A stretch of DNA of 64,000 nucleotides from a plasmid. Of the stretch, positions 49,200 to 59,465 are shown in pieces. Location of the stretch: the sequence record NZ_LR134454.1, one strand, 5' to 3'. The notes beneath the pieces were generated by a model. It was not told where the DNA came from and did no database searches. It worked only from the letters and a program-made list of their open reading frames with translations. Each line of letters starts with the position of its first letter. Positions within the stretch are counted from its first letter, which is position 1. Both the position numbers and the translations under genes were made by a program.

Positions 49200-51266
49200 A
49201 TGACCGAATCGATCATCGCGCCCGAGCTGGTCGCGCTCGACGTCTCGGCCGGCACCGACAAGTCCGAGGTGATCGCCTACCTCGCCGGCCGCATCACCGA
49301 CGCCGGCCGTTCCTCCTCCGTCGACGGGCTCGTCGAGGCGGCGCTCGCCCGCGAGGCCCAGTCGGCCACCGGCCTCCCGGGCGGCATCGCGATCCCGCAC
49401 TGCCGCGCCGCGGCCGTCACCGCCGCGAGCCTCGGCTTCGCGCGACTCGACCCGAAGGTCGACTTCGGCGCCCCCGACGGCGGTGCGGACCTCGTCTTCC
49501 TCATCGCCGCACCGGAATCCGGCGGCTCGCAGCACATGAAGCTGCTCAGCGCGCTGGCCCGTGCGCTGGTGCGACCCGAGTTCACCGCCGCGCTCCGCGC
49601 CGCCGCCACGCCGGAGGAGGTGGTCGCCCTCGTCGAGGAGGTCATCGCCCCGAAGCCGGCGGAACCCAAGCCCGCCGCTCCCGCCGCCGCTCCCGCCGCC
49701 GCTGCGGCTGCCGCCCCGGCCCCGGCCGCGGAGCCGGCACCGTCGGGCAAGCCCTCGCTGGTGGCGATCACGGCGTGCCCCACGGGGATCGCGCACACCT
49801 ACATGGCCGCCGATGCCCTGAAGCTGGCCGCCGAGCGCGCGGGCGTCGAGCTGACCGTCGAGACGCAGGGCTCCTCCGGCTCCACGCCGCTGTCGGCGCA
49901 GACCATCGCCGACGCGGGCGCCGTCCTCTTCGCCACCGACGTGGGCGTCAAGGGCCGCGAGCGCTTCGCCGGCAAGCCCGTGATCACGTCGGGCGTCAAG
50001 CGCGGCATCAACGAGCCGGACGCGATGATCGCCGAGGCCGTCGCGGCGGCGAGCGACCCGCACGCCGCCACCGTCGACGGGGACGCCGCCGCGAGCGCCG
50101 AATCCGCACCCGCACAGCAGGGGCTGGGCGGTCAGCTCAAGCGCGCGCTGCTCACCGGCGTCAGCTACATGATCCCGTTCGTCGCGGCGGGCGGCCTGCT
50201 CATCGCGCTCGGTTTCCTTTTGGGCGGGTACGAGATCGGGAACAGCACGGTGTCCGAGGGCACGTCCGACGGTGCCTACTTCGCGCTGCACAACTCGCTC
50301 TGGAACCTGCCTCCGGGCGGGCTACTGCAGTACCTCGGCTCGGTCAGCTTCGCGACGGGCCAGGCGGCGATGAGCCTCATGGTCGCGGTGCTCGCGGGCT
50401 ACATCGCCTACGCCATCGCCGACCGGCCCGGGCTTGCACCGGGATTCGTCGCCGGCGTGCTCGCGGTGACGGTCAACGCCGGCTTCATCGGCGGCGTCGT
50501 CGGCGGCCTGCTCGCGGGCGTCGTCGCGCTGTGGATCGGCAAGCTGCAGCTGCCGCAGTGGGCCCGCGGCCTCATGCCGGTGGTGATCATCCCGCTGTTC
50601 GCCACGCTCATCACGGGTGGCCTGATGTACATGGTCCTCGCCGGGCCGCTGCGCTGGGTGAACGAGTCGATGACCGACGCCCTCAACGGGATGAGCGGCA
50701 GCAGCAAGATCGCGCTCGGCGTGGTCCTCGGCCTCATGATGTGCTTCGACCTGGGCGGGCCGGTGAACAAGGCCGCGTACGCCTTCGGCGTCGCCGGGAT
50801 CGGGCTCAGCACCGCCGGCGTGCCGCAGTGGGAGATGATGGCCGCCGTCATGGCCGCGGGCATGGTGCCGCCCCTGGCGCTCGCCCTCGCCTCCACCGTC
50901 CTGCGCCCGGGCCTGTTCACCGAACCCGAGCGGGAGAACGGCAAGGCGGCCTGGTTCCTCGGTGCGTCGTTCATCTCCGAGGGCGCCATCCCGTTCGCCG
51001 CGGCCGACCCGCTGCGGGTGATCCCGTCGATGATGCTCGGCGGCGCCGTCACGGGCGGCCTGTCCATGGCGCTCGGTGCTCAGTTGCGCGCCCCGCACGG
51101 CGGCGTCTTCGTGCTGTTCGCCATGAACGGCACCTGGTGGAAGTTCCTCATCGCCCTCGCCGCCGGCGTCGTGGTGAGCGCGGTGGCGGTCGTCGCGGCC
51201 AAGTCCGTCGGCCGCCAGGACGCTTCCGCCGCCGAATCCGCCCAGCCCGCGGCCGTCGCCGCGTAA
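49200..51266 (+). CDS. fruA: PTS fructose transporter subunit IIABC
   Basis: IIA (GIAIPHCR), IIB (ITACPTGIAHTYMAA) and multi-TM IIC. The start ATG is at 49200. The longer track ORF upstream is a frame artefact. Confidence 0.85.
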   Translation: MTESIIAPELVALDVSAGTDKSEVIAYLAGRITDAGRSSSVDGLVEAALAREAQSATGLPGGIAIPHCRAAAVTAASLGFARLDPKVDFGAPDGGADLVFLIAAPESGGSQHMKLLSALARALVRPEFTAALRAAATPEEVVALVEEVIAPKPAEPKPAAPAAAPAAAAAAAPAPAAEPAPSGKPSLVAITACPTGIAHTYMAADALKLAAERAGVELTVETQGSSGSTPLSAQTIADAGAVLFATDVGVKGRERFAGKPVITSGVKRGINEPDAMIAEAVAAASDPHAATVDGDAAASAESAPAQQGLGGQLKRALLTGVSYMIPFVAAGGLLIALGFLLGGYEIGNSTVSEGTSDGAYFALHNSLWNLPPGGLLQYLGSVSFATGQAAMSLMVAVLAGYIAYAIADRPGLAPGFVAGVLAVTVNAGFIGGVVGGLLAGVVALWIGKLQLPQWARGLMPVVIIPLFATLITGGLMYMVLAGPLRWVNESMTDALNGMSGSSKIALGVVLGLMMCFDLGGPVNKAAYAFGVAGIGLSTAGVPQWEMMAAVMAAGMVPPLALALASTVLRPGLFTEPERENGKAAWFLGASFISEGAIPFAAADPLRVIPSMMLGGAVTGGLSMALGAQLRAPHGGVFVLFAMNGTWWKFLIALAAGVVVSAVAVVAAKSVGRQDASAAESAQPAAVAA

Positions 51267-51333
51267 TACTGGTCCTGACCACTCGCGCGGCCGACCGGCG
51301 GCGCGCAGACGAACACACCCCACGAGGAGAGAC

Positions 51334-51591
51334 ATGCCCAGCACCACCGTCGCCGTCGGATCGGCCGTCGGCCTGCACGCCCGCCCCGCCGCCGTGATCG
51401 CGAACGCCGTCAACGAGTCGGGTCACGAGGTCACTCTGTCCGTCGCCGGCGGCGAGCCCGTGGACGCCGGCTCGGCGCTGATGATCATGACCCTCGGCGC
51501 CGAGCAGGGCGTGGAGGTCACCGTCGAATCCGCCGATCAGGGCACCGTCGACGCGATCGCGGCCCTCGTCGCGCAAGACCTTGATGCCTGA
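51334..51591 (+). CDS. ptsH: phosphocarrier protein HPr
   Basis: 85 aa. Active-site His15 context (VGSAVGLHARPAAV). Confidence 0.85.
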   Translation: MPSTTVAVGSAVGLHARPAAVIANAVNESGHEVTLSVAGGEPVDAGSALMIMTLGAEQGVEVTVESADQGTVDAIAALVAQDLDA

Positions 51592-51626
51592 GCAGCTCGA
51601 CGCCTGAGAGGTACCAGGCGCACGAA

Positions 51627-51666
51627 GGAGGGCGGCCGGAATCCCCGGCCGCCCTCCTTTTGTGTT
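51627..51666. terminator. intrinsic terminator GGAGGGCGGCCGG-AATCC-CCGGCCGCCCTCC-TTTTGTGTT
   Basis: Perfect 13-bp stem, 5-nt loop and U-tract. Lies between ptsH and the convergent minus-strand gene. Confidence 0.7.
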
Positions 51667-51671
51667 CCGGT

Positions 51672-52289
51672 CTAGGTGACCGGCGCGATGCAGTAGCTCA
51701 CGCGCTGCGGCGCGGCGTAGTTCAGCGCCGACGAGCCGCGGCAGGTCAGCGGGGCGCCCGCCGCGCGCTGGATCACCCGGATCACGTTCGACGGTGCGCT
51801 GCCCGTCGCGGACGGGCAATCGACCGGGCGGATGTCCGTGGTCGCCGCCGTATCGGGCTTGACCTGGTAGCAGTTGCCCAGCGTGAGCTTGGGAACGACG
51901 CACAGGACCGAGCCCGCGGACTCGACGCGGGCGTAGCTCGGCTGGCTGCACGCGGTCTTGGCGGCGGCCTTCTCGGCGACGGCGAAGCTGAAGCCGTCGC
52001 CGTCGCACCCGGTGCGGGTGGCGTTGCCGCCCGAGACGGTGACGCAGTCGCCGACCTCGACGGAGCTCACCGGCGCGACCTCGGGACTCGACGGCTTGAC
52101 GCCGAGGAGCAGCACCGCGGCGCCCATCACGAGCGCGGCGATGAGGCCGGAGTAGATCACGGAGCTGACCACCTTCCACGTGGTGGTCGGCCGCACCTCG
52201 TCGAGCCGCCGGCCCACCGGGGTCGCCTCGAGGCGACGCCGGAGCGCGGCGAGACGCGGCTGCGCGGGGTGGAGGAAGGACGTCGACAT
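51672..52289 (-). CDS. hypothetical single-pass membrane protein with Cys-rich ectodomain (possibly septum-formation family)
   Basis: One TM (VVSSVIYSGLIAALVMGAAVLLLGV) then ~130 aa with 8 Cys. No confident domain assignment from sequence alone. Confidence 0.45.
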   Translation of the reverse strand: MSTSFLHPAQPRLAALRRRLEATPVGRRLDEVRPTTTWKVVSSVIYSGLIAALVMGAAVLLLGVKPSSPEVAPVSSVEVGDCVTVSGGNATRTGCDGDGFSFAVAEKAAAKTACSQPSYARVESAGSVLCVVPKLTLGNCYQVKPDTAATTDIRPVDCPSATGSAPSNVIRVIQRAAGAPLTCRGSSALNYAAPQRVSYCIAPVT

Positions 52290-52399
52290 AGTCTCAATCT
52301 TAACTTGAGACTCACTAGGTAACACAAGTCTCAGTTTTCACAGATCGAATCGGCGCGGCTGGGCCACGGCGCCGACGCGGGCTCATTAGGCTTTGCGAC

Positions 52400-53320
52400 A
52401 TGTCATTCGACGACGCGCCCGTCATCGCCGTGGGGCCGAAGCCCGATCCCGATTTCGACGCCGCGATCACCGCGGGCGGCGGCGAACCCGGCCCGCTGGC
52501 CCGGGCCGACGGCCTGGTCTGGACCGATTCCCGCGCGACCCTGCCCGCGCTGCCCCCGAGCGTGCGCTGGGTGCAGCTGCCCTTCGCCGGCGTCGAGGGC
52601 TTCCTCGACAGCGGCGTCATCGCGGACAACCCGAAGGTCGTCTTCACCTCCGCCGCCGGCGCCTACTCCGGCACCGTCGCCGAACAGGCCATCGCGCTGC
52701 TCCTCGCCGGCGTGCGCGGCCTCTGGCGGCGCGAGACCTCCTGGGACGCCGCGGGCGCCGCCGCCCGCACGGGCCGCCTCGGCGGCACGACGGTGGCGAT
52801 CGTCGGCGCGGGCGGCATCGGCCGCGACCTCATCCCCGCGCTGCGCGGCCTCGGCGTCAAGGTGGTCGCCGTGAACCGCTCGGGCACCGACGTCTCCGAC
52901 GCCGTCGTGGTGACCGCCGACCGCCTCGACGAGGTGTGGCCCGCCGTCGACCACGTGATCCTGGCGGCCCCGTCGACCGCGGAGACCCGCGCCCTGGTGA
53001 ACGCGAAGGTCCTCGCGCAGCTCAAGCCGCACTCCTGGATCATCAACGTCGCGCGCGGCTCGCTCATCGACACGGACGCGCTGGTCGCGGCGCTGAAGAA
53101 GGGGACGATCGGCGGTGTCGGCCTCGACGTGACCGACCCCGAGCCGCTGCCCGACGGCCACCCGCTGTGGTCGATTCCCAACGCGATCATCACCCCGCAC
53201 GTCGCGAACCCACCGCAGCACCTGCGCCCCGCGCTGCTCGCCCGCGTCGAGGTCAACGTCCGCCGCTTCGCCAACGACATGGAGCCGCTCGCCGTCATCG
53301 ACGCCGACCGGGGCTACTGA
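52400..53320 (+). CDS. D-isomer-specific 2-hydroxyacid dehydrogenase family protein
   Basis: NAD Rossmann GxGxxG (VAIVGAGGIGRD). Catalytic His context (ITPHVA). Confidence 0.8.
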   Translation: MSFDDAPVIAVGPKPDPDFDAAITAGGGEPGPLARADGLVWTDSRATLPALPPSVRWVQLPFAGVEGFLDSGVIADNPKVVFTSAAGAYSGTVAEQAIALLLAGVRGLWRRETSWDAAGAAARTGRLGGTTVAIVGAGGIGRDLIPALRGLGVKVVAVNRSGTDVSDAVVVTADRLDEVWPAVDHVILAAPSTAETRALVNAKVLAQLKPHSWIINVARGSLIDTDALVAALKKGTIGGVGLDVTDPEPLPDGHPLWSIPNAIITPHVANPPQHLRPALLARVEVNVRRFANDMEPLAVIDADRGY

Positions 53321-53784
53321 TGTCCGACGGCCCGGCGGCGCCCCACGACGAGGTCGACCTCATCGTCCGGGGCATCGTCGGGCTGGCCAAGCGGATCCGC
53401 AGCGACGCGCGGTTCGTGGGCGCGGAGGTCTCCTACGTCGACTTCACGCTGCTGTTCGTCCTGCACGAGTCCCCGGGCATCCGCGCCGTCGACCTCGCGG
53501 AGGCCGTCTCCATCGACAAGTCCACCGCCAGCCGGCAGCTCGCGGGTCTGGAACGACGGGGCCTCATCACCCGCGACGTGGACCCGGGCAACCCCCGCTC
53601 CCGGCAGCTGCGGCTGACCGAGAAGGCCGAGCGCGTGCTGGCCGAGACGGACCGCGAATGGCGCCGCCGGATCGAGGCCCGGACGGCCGATTGGTCGCCC
53701 GAGGAACTGCGCACGTTCGCCACGCTGATCGACCGCTACATGAGCGTCGATCTGCCCGGCGAGGAGCGCCCGGCAGGCCTCTGA
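53320..53784 (+). CDS. MarR family transcriptional regulator
   Basis: Winged-HTH (VDLAEAVSIDKSTASRQLAGLERRGLITR). TGATG overlap with the dehydrogenase gene. Confidence 0.8.
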   Translation: MSDGPAAPHDEVDLIVRGIVGLAKRIRSDARFVGAEVSYVDFTLLFVLHESPGIRAVDLAEAVSIDKSTASRQLAGLERRGLITRDVDPGNPRSRQLRLTEKAERVLAETDREWRRRIEARTADWSPEELRTFATLIDRYMSVDLPGEERPAGL

Positions 53785-54039
53785 TCTCGGGCGGAATCCC
53801 GTGGAGTGATGCGGCTCACGAGGCTACCGAGCGGTAAGTTATGCCGTGCTATGGTCAGCCCACTGTTCTGTGCATCAGGCGACCAGCGTGCCCTCGCGAT
53901 GCCCGGCGACCCCGGGCCTTCCGCGTAAATTCGCCTCCGTTCACACCGCGGCGGGGTCGTACACGCATGGAGTCTCCTCGGTGCCGGAACTTCCGGGCGT
54001 GCACCCGCGCGGCCCGGTAGGGACGACAGGAACGAATCA

Positions 54040-54102
54040 ATGAACGTCGGTGGACCGACCATGACCCCGTCCGCGGGTCGGCAGTGGGAGTGCTGCGCAT
54101 GA
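54040..54102 (+). CDS. candidate 20-codon upstream ORF ([20 protein letters not shown]) overlapping the pntA ATG
   Basis: ATG at 54040 with weak SD. Ends Cys-Cys-Ala-TGA, with the TGA overlapping the pntA ATG (ATGA). Sits in the ~300-nt leader. Confidence 0.3.
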   Translation: MNVGGPTMTPSAGRQWECCA

Positions 54103-55625
54103 TCATCGGAGCTTTGAAAGAGGCGCAGCCGGGCGAGACCCGCGTCGCCGCAACCCCCGCCACGGTGGCCCAGCTGATCAAGCTGGGCTACGAGGTGGTC
54201 GTGGACTCGGGCGCCGGTGCGGCGTCCTCGTTCGCGGACGAGGCCTACGTGGAGGCAGGCGCGTCGATCGGTGACGCTCGCGCCGCCGACATCGTGCTGG
54301 GCGTCAACGCCCCGTCGAGCGCGCAGCTCGACGGCATGCGGCCGGGCACGACCATCGCCGGTCTCCTGGCGCCCGCGCAGAACCCCGAGCTGCTCGAGGA
54401 CCTCCGCGGCCGCGAGCTGACCGCGTTCGCCATGGAGTCGGTGCCGCGCATCTCGCGCGCCCAGTCGATGGACGTGCTGTCCTCGATGGCGAACATCGCC
54501 GGCTACCGCGCCGTCGTCGAGGCCGCGCACGTCTTCGGCCGGTTCTTCACCGGCCAGGTCACGGCCGCCGGCAAGGTCCCGCCGGCCAAGGTGCTCGTGG
54601 TGGGCGCCGGCGTCGCCGGACTCGCCGCGATCGGTGCCGCCGGCTCGCTCGGCGCCATCGTGCGCGCCACCGACCCCCGCCCCGAGGTGGCCGACCAGGT
54701 CGCGTCGCTCGGCGGCGAGTACCTCTCCGTGCAGAACGAGGAGGCCGAGGTCTCGGCCACCGGCTACGCCAAGGAGATGGGCGACGACTACAAGGCCCGC
54801 GAGGCGCAGCTGTACGCCGAGCAGTGCAAGGACGTCGACATCATCATCACCACGGCTCTGATCCCCGGGCGCCCCGCGCCGCGGATCATCACCGAGGAGA
54901 TGGTCGCGTCGATGAAGCCCGGCAGCGTCATCGTCGACATGGCGGCGTCCAACGGCGGCAACGTCGGCGGCACCGTCAAGGACCAGGCGATCGTCACGCC
55001 CAACGGCGTCACCATCATCGGCTACACCGACCTCGCCGGGCGTCTGCCCGCGCAGGCCTCGCAGCTGTACGGCACGAACCTCGTCAACCTGCTCAAGCTG
55101 GTGACCCCCGAGAAGGACGGGCAGCTCGTGCTCGACTTCGAGGACCCGGTCCAGCGGTCGATCACCGTGACCCGCGCGGGCGAGCTGCTGTTCCCGCCGC
55201 CGCCGGTGCAGGTCTCGGCCGCGCCGAAGGCCGCGCCCGCCGCCGAGGTCGAGGCCGCGCCCGTCAAGGAGCCGATGTCGGCGTCCAAGAAGGTCTCGCT
55301 CACCCTGGTGGGCGTCGTCCTCTTCGGCCTGCTGATCAGCTTCTCGCCGAACCCGCTGCCGCAGCACTTCACCGTGCTCATGCTGGCGATCGTCATCGGC
55401 TACTACGTCATCGGCAACGTGGCGCACGCGCTGCACACGCCGCTGATGTCGGTCACCAACGCCATTTCCGGCGTCGTCGTGGTGGGCGCTCTCCTGCAGA
55501 TCGCCACCAACACCACGACCGTCCTGGTGCTGTCGACGATCGCGATCCTGGTCGCGTCGATCAACATCTTCGGTGGCTTCGCGGTCACCCGCCGCATGCT
55601 CGCCATGTTCAGCAAGGGGGCATGA
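54099..55625 (+). CDS. pntA: NAD(P) transhydrogenase subunit alpha
   Basis: Alanine-dehydrogenase-like dI domain plus C-terminal TM helices. Start is ATG 54099 (MIIGALKE). An in-frame GTG at 54084 is an alternative. Confidence 0.9.
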   Translation: MIIGALKEAQPGETRVAATPATVAQLIKLGYEVVVDSGAGAASSFADEAYVEAGASIGDARAADIVLGVNAPSSAQLDGMRPGTTIAGLLAPAQNPELLEDLRGRELTAFAMESVPRISRAQSMDVLSSMANIAGYRAVVEAAHVFGRFFTGQVTAAGKVPPAKVLVVGAGVAGLAAIGAAGSLGAIVRATDPRPEVADQVASLGGEYLSVQNEEAEVSATGYAKEMGDDYKAREAQLYAEQCKDVDIIITTALIPGRPAPRIITEEMVASMKPGSVIVDMAASNGGNVGGTVKDQAIVTPNGVTIIGYTDLAGRLPAQASQLYGTNLVNLLKLVTPEKDGQLVLDFEDPVQRSITVTRAGELLFPPPPVQVSAAPKAAPAAEVEAAPVKEPMSASKKVSLTLVGVVLFGLLISFSPNPLPQHFTVLMLAIVIGYYVIGNVAHALHTPLMSVTNAISGVVVVGALLQIATNTTTVLVLSTIAILVASINIFGGFAVTRRMLAMFSKGA

Positions 55626-55632
55626 GTAACCC

Positions 55633-57081
55633 ATGAGTATCACTGCAATCTCCGTTGCGGCGTACATCGTCGCCTCGCTGCTGTTCATCCTCTCGCTGGC
55701 CGGGCTGTCCAAGCACGAGACCTCCAAGAGCGGCCTGACCTACGGCATCGTCGGCATGGGCATCGCCCTGGTGGCGACCATCGCGCTGGTCATCGACAAG
55801 GTCCTCAAGCCCGAGCTGGACCTGACCTGGCTGCCCGTCCTGCTCATGGCCGGCGCCATCGTCATCGGCGCGCTCATCGGCTTCTGGCGCGCGCGCATCG
55901 TCGAGATGACCGGCATGCCCGAGCTGATCGCCCTGCTCCACTCCTTCGTGGGCCTGGCGGCCGTGCTCATCGGCTGGAACGGCGCGCTCGAGGGCTTCCA
56001 CGCCGACGGCGTGAACCCGGCCGACGTCCGCGCGCTCACCAACATTCACGAGGCCGAGATCGCGATCGGCATCTTCATCGGTGCGGTCACCCTGACCGGC
56101 TCGATCGTCGCCAACCGCAAGCTCTCCGGCAAGATGAAGTCGGCGCCGCTCATGCTGCCCGGCAAGAACTACATCAACGTCGGCTCGATCGTCGTCTTCA
56201 TCGTGCTCACCGCGGTCTACGTCTCGCGGGACACGCACGGCGACAACACCTCGATGATCCTGCTGGGCGTCATCACCGCGCTCGCCCTGTTCCTGGGCTG
56301 GCACCTGGTCGCGTCCATCGGCGGCGGCGACATGCCCGTCGTCATCTCGATGCTCAACAGCTACTCCGGTTGGGCCGCGGCCGCGTCGGGCTTCCTGCTG
56401 AGCAACGACCTGCTCATCGTCACCGGTGCGCTCGTCGGCTCCTCGGGTGCGTACCTGAGCTACATCATGTGCAAGGCGATGAACCGCTCGTTCATCTCCG
56501 TCATCGCGGGTGGTTTCGGCATCGAGGCCGGCCCGGCCGACGACAAGGACTACGGCGAGCACCGCGAGGTCAACGCCGAGCAGGTCGCCGAGCTCCTCAC
56601 CGGCGCCAAGTCCGTGGTCATCACCCCGGGCTACGGCATGGCCGTGGCGCAGGCCCAGTACGGCGTCGCCGAGCTGACCAGCGAGCTGCGCAAGAAGGGC
56701 GTCGAGGTCCGCTTCGGCATCCACCCCGTTGCCGGCCGCCTGCCCGGGCACATGAACGTGCTCCTCGCCGAGGCGAAGGTGCCGTACGACATCGTGCTCG
56801 AGATGGACGAGATCAACGACGACTTCCCCGAGACCGACGTGGTCCTGGTGATCGGTGCCAACGACACCGTCAACCCGGCCGCGTCCGAGGACCCGAGCAG
56901 CCCCATTGCGGGCATGCCGGTGCTCACGGTGTGGGAGGCCGAGAACGTGATCGTGTTCAAGCGGTCGATGGCCGCCGGCTACGCCGGCGTGCAGAACCCG
57001 CTGTTCTTCCGTGACAACTCGGCGATGCTCTTCGGCGACGCCAAGGACCGCGTGCAGGACATCCTCTCCGCGATGCGCTGA
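55633..57081 (+). CDS. pntB: NAD(P) transhydrogenase subunit beta
   Basis: Polytopic N-terminus plus dIII NADP(H) domain ([15 protein letters not shown]). Confidence 0.9.
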   Translation: MSITAISVAAYIVASLLFILSLAGLSKHETSKSGLTYGIVGMGIALVATIALVIDKVLKPELDLTWLPVLLMAGAIVIGALIGFWRARIVEMTGMPELIALLHSFVGLAAVLIGWNGALEGFHADGVNPADVRALTNIHEAEIAIGIFIGAVTLTGSIVANRKLSGKMKSAPLMLPGKNYINVGSIVVFIVLTAVYVSRDTHGDNTSMILLGVITALALFLGWHLVASIGGGDMPVVISMLNSYSGWAAAASGFLLSNDLLIVTGALVGSSGAYLSYIMCKAMNRSFISVIAGGFGIEAGPADDKDYGEHREVNAEQVAELLTGAKSVVITPGYGMAVAQAQYGVAELTSELRKKGVEVRFGIHPVAGRLPGHMNVLLAEAKVPYDIVLEMDEINDDFPETDVVLVIGANDTVNPAASEDPSSPIAGMPVLTVWEAENVIVFKRSMAAGYAGVQNPLFFRDNSAMLFGDAKDRVQDILSAMR

Positions 57082-57092
57082 CGCGAACAGCA

Positions 57093-57132
57093 CTCGGGCC
57101 CGGCACCGTCGAACGACGGTGCCGGGCCCGAG
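57093..57132. terminator. bidirectional stem-loop CTCGGGCCCGGCACCGTCG-AA-CGACGGTGCCGGGCCCGAG
   Basis: Perfect 19-bp stem between the convergent pntB and NAD(P)H-binding genes. Confidence 0.6.
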
Positions 57133-57138
57133 TCGTCT

Positions 57139-57789
57139 CTACGTCCAGGCCTCCTCGATGCGGACGTCGCCGTCGGTGAACGGCAGGTCCTTCCCCACGG
57201 TGTCCGGCCGGTCGAGCACCGAAGCGGCCACCAGCGCGACGTTCGCGCGCGACGTGCCGGGGTTGTCCGCGGCCCGCACGGCCACGGGATCCACCCGCCC
57301 CGTGGGCTCGTCGAGAGTGAGGCGGCCCGGCATGAGCACGGTCCAGTCCAGATCGGAGGCGCGCACCGCGACGTCGGCGGCGGCCTTCGCCTCCGCGTAG
57401 GGGAAGAAGGCGTCCGTCTCCGGGACGCCGTGGTCGGGGGCGGCGCCGAGGTACGAGACCATGACGTAGCGCTTCACCCCGGCCGCCTCCGCGGCCTGCA
57501 CGGAACGGATCGCCGCGTCGCGGTCCACGGCGTAGGTGCGGTCGGGGTTCCCGCCGCCCGCGCCCGCGGAGAAGACCACCGCGTCGGCGCCCGCGAGCGC
57601 GGCCGCGATCTCCTCGCGCGACGCGTGCTCGACGTCCAGGACCAGGGGTTTCGCCCCGGTCGCGGCGACGTCCGCCGCGTGCTCCGGGTTCCGTATCCAC
57701 GAGGTGACCGCGTCGCCCCGGGAGCTGAGGACGCGCGCCAGGATGAGCGCGATCTTGCCGTGTCCACCGATGATCGTGACAGCTGCCAT
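57139..57789 (-). CDS. NAD(P)H-binding (NmrA/SDR-like) protein
   Basis: N-terminal Rossmann (VTIIGGHGKIALILARVL). Start at ATG (MAAVTII). The track ORF begins at an upstream TTG. Confidence 0.75.
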   Translation of the reverse strand: MAAVTIIGGHGKIALILARVLSSRGDAVTSWIRNPEHAADVAATGAKPLVLDVEHASREEIAAALAGADAVVFSAGAGGGNPDRTYAVDRDAAIRSVQAAEAAGVKRYVMVSYLGAAPDHGVPETDAFFPYAEAKAAADVAVRASDLDWTVLMPGRLTLDEPTGRVDPVAVRAADNPGTSRANVALVAASVLDRPDTVGKDLPFTDGDVRIEEAWT

Positions 57790-57814
57790 GCATTCCAACG
57801 TACGCGCTTGCTCC

Positions 57815-57855
57815 TGCGGTGGATTCTTGCCGCTCAGCGGGCACTATCCACCGCA
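57815..57855. repeat. 41-bp palindrome B2: TGCGGTGGAT-TCTTGCCGCTCAGCGGGCACT-ATCCACCGCA
   Basis: Lies 22 nt downstream of the DUF559-2 stop. The loop is itself palindromic (CCGCT-C-AGCGG). Confidence 0.8.
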
Positions 57856-57877
57856 CTGCTGCCGCCCGCGAGCGCGC

Positions 57878-58768
57878 TCACGCGGCGGCGGCGTTCACCG
57901 CGGTCAGGACATCCGTGATCACGGCCTCGCCGTCGCCGTCGAGGCGGTGCCACCCGAAGCGCAACACCCGCCACCCGGCGAGAGTCAACCGGTTCTGCTT
58001 CCCGGCGTCGTTCGCGGCGCGGTCGGCCGTGCGGTGAAAGGCCCATCCGTCGATCTCCACGGCGACCCGCTGCTCGGGGAAGGCGAAGTCGATCGCGTAG
58101 ACGCCGAACGGGAACTGCGCGCACCACCCGGTGACGTGATGCGACTCGAGGAGCGACTGGAATCGACGCTCGGCTTCCGACTCCGTATCGCCGGCGACGA
58201 CGTCGAGCAGGCGCCGCGCCTCAGCCATCCCATGCCGGCCGGCGTTGCGGGTCAGCGCGGCGGTGAGCCCGTCGATCGTGACGATCCCCTCCTGCAGCGC
58301 GCGGTCGAGGTGGGCGCTGTTCGTCGACGCCGCCTCCAGGGCGGTCAGCGGCGCCGTCGTCACGGTGAGACCGCGGACCACTTCCAGGTCTGCAGGGAGG
58401 AGATCGCGCCGGTGCAGTTCCAAGGAGTACGGCACGGTGGGCGACCGCTTGTTCTGGCGCGGGACTGTGACGGACACCGAGTCCGGCGGTGACTCCACGA
58501 TCCCGTGCCACCACGCCGCCGCCGGCCCGTCGACCGCGCCGTCCGTGGCTCCCACGGCGGCCCGCATTCTCGCCTCCGCGGTGAAGGTGTGCGTCGCCGA
58601 GAGATACACGCCGCTGCTGAGCTGGATCCACAGTTTGTCGCGGACGCGCCTCGCTACGGCGGATGAGCTCATCCCGAGCTTCAGCGCCGCGCCACGCGTG
58701 ATGACACCGTCGTGGTCCGCGAAATGCTCCGCGACCAGCCTCGCCACCGTCGATGTCCCCATATCCAT
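57878..58768 (-). CDS. DUF559 (Vsr-like nuclease fold) protein with AbiEi-type N-terminal domain, paralogue 2
   Basis: C-terminal DUF559 (YAIDFAFPEQRVAVEIDGWAFHRTADRAANDAGKQNRLTLAGWRVLRF). Start at MDMGTSTVARL. Confidence 0.7.
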   Translation of the reverse strand: MDMGTSTVARLVAEHFADHDGVITRGAALKLGMSSSAVARRVRDKLWIQLSSGVYLSATHTFTAEARMRAAVGATDGAVDGPAAAWWHGIVESPPDSVSVTVPRQNKRSPTVPYSLELHRRDLLPADLEVVRGLTVTTAPLTALEAASTNSAHLDRALQEGIVTIDGLTAALTRNAGRHGMAEARRLLDVVAGDTESEAERRFQSLLESHHVTGWCAQFPFGVYAIDFAFPEQRVAVEIDGWAFHRTADRAANDAGKQNRLTLAGWRVLRFGWHRLDGDGEAVITDVLTAVNAAAA

Positions 58769-58809
58769 TGGACGCACCGGCTCCGGCGGCGGTTCCCCGT
58801 GCCCGCGGG

Positions 58810-58850
58810 TGCGGTGGATATTGCCCGCTGAGCGGTGAGAATCCACCGCA
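58810..58850. repeat. 41-bp palindrome B1: TGCGGTGGAT-ATTGCCCGCTGAGCGGTGAGA-ATCCACCGCA
   Basis: Arms identical to B2. Loop is the inverted version of the B2 loop (17/21). Lies 42 nt upstream of the DUF559-2 start and 3 nt after the lysE stop. Confidence 0.8.
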
Positions 58851-58853
58851 TAC

Positions 58854-59465
58854 TCACCCGCCGAGGGGCATCGTCGCCAGCCGCGCGGCGAGGACGAGGA
58901 GCAGGAGCCCGATCGCGAGGTTGATCGCCCGCCACACGCCCGGCCGGCCGAGCACGCCGGACAGGCGGCGGGCGCCGAAACCGAGCAGGCAGAACCAGGC
59001 GACACTGGCGACGACGGCGCCGAGGGCGAACCACCAGCGGTCGGCGCCGTAGCGCGTGGACGCGGAGCCGAGCAACAGCACGGTGTCCAGGTAGACGTGC
59101 GGGTTCAGCCAGGTCAGCACCAACACCCCGGTCACGACAGCCGCGACCGAGGCGGCGCCGTCACCGCCCGCGACGAGCCCCTCGGAACGACGCGCCGACC
59201 ACAGCGACCGCAGGCCGTAGCCCACCAGCACCACGGCGCCGGCCCACTTCACCACCTCCATGAGCAGCGGCCGGCCCGAGACCGCGGCGCCGAGCCCCGC
59301 GACGCCGGCGAGGATGAGCGCGACGTCCGAGGCGATGCACACCGCCACCACCGCGCCGAGCCCGCGGCCGCGCACGCCCACCTGCAGCACGTAGGCGTTC
59401 TGGGCGCCGATCGCCACGATCAGCGAGAGCCCGAGGCCGAGGCCGGCGAGGAGTGCGGAGGTCAT
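58854..59465 (-). CDS. lysE: LysE/ArgO family amino-acid exporter
   Basis: 203 aa, 5-6 TM LysE fold (GAQNAYVLQVG). Divergent from the LysR gene. Confidence 0.85.
   Translation of the reverse strand: MTSALLAGLGLGLSLIVAIGAQNAYVLQVGVRGRGLGAVVAVCIASDVALILAGVAGLGAAVSGRPLLMEVVKWAGAVVLVGYGLRSLWSARRSEGLVAGGDGAASVAAVVTGVLVLTWLNPHVYLDTVLLLGSASTRYGADRWWFALGAVVASVAWFCLLGFGARRLSGVLGRPGVWRAINLAIGLLLLVLAARLATMPLGG

Larger units (their letters stand above)
57815..58850 (-). mobile_element. candidate hairpin-bounded DUF559 cassette 2
   Basis: Same architecture as 7004..8018 but with an unrelated palindrome pair and a divergent DUF559 protein. Mobility is inferred. Confidence 0.35.
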
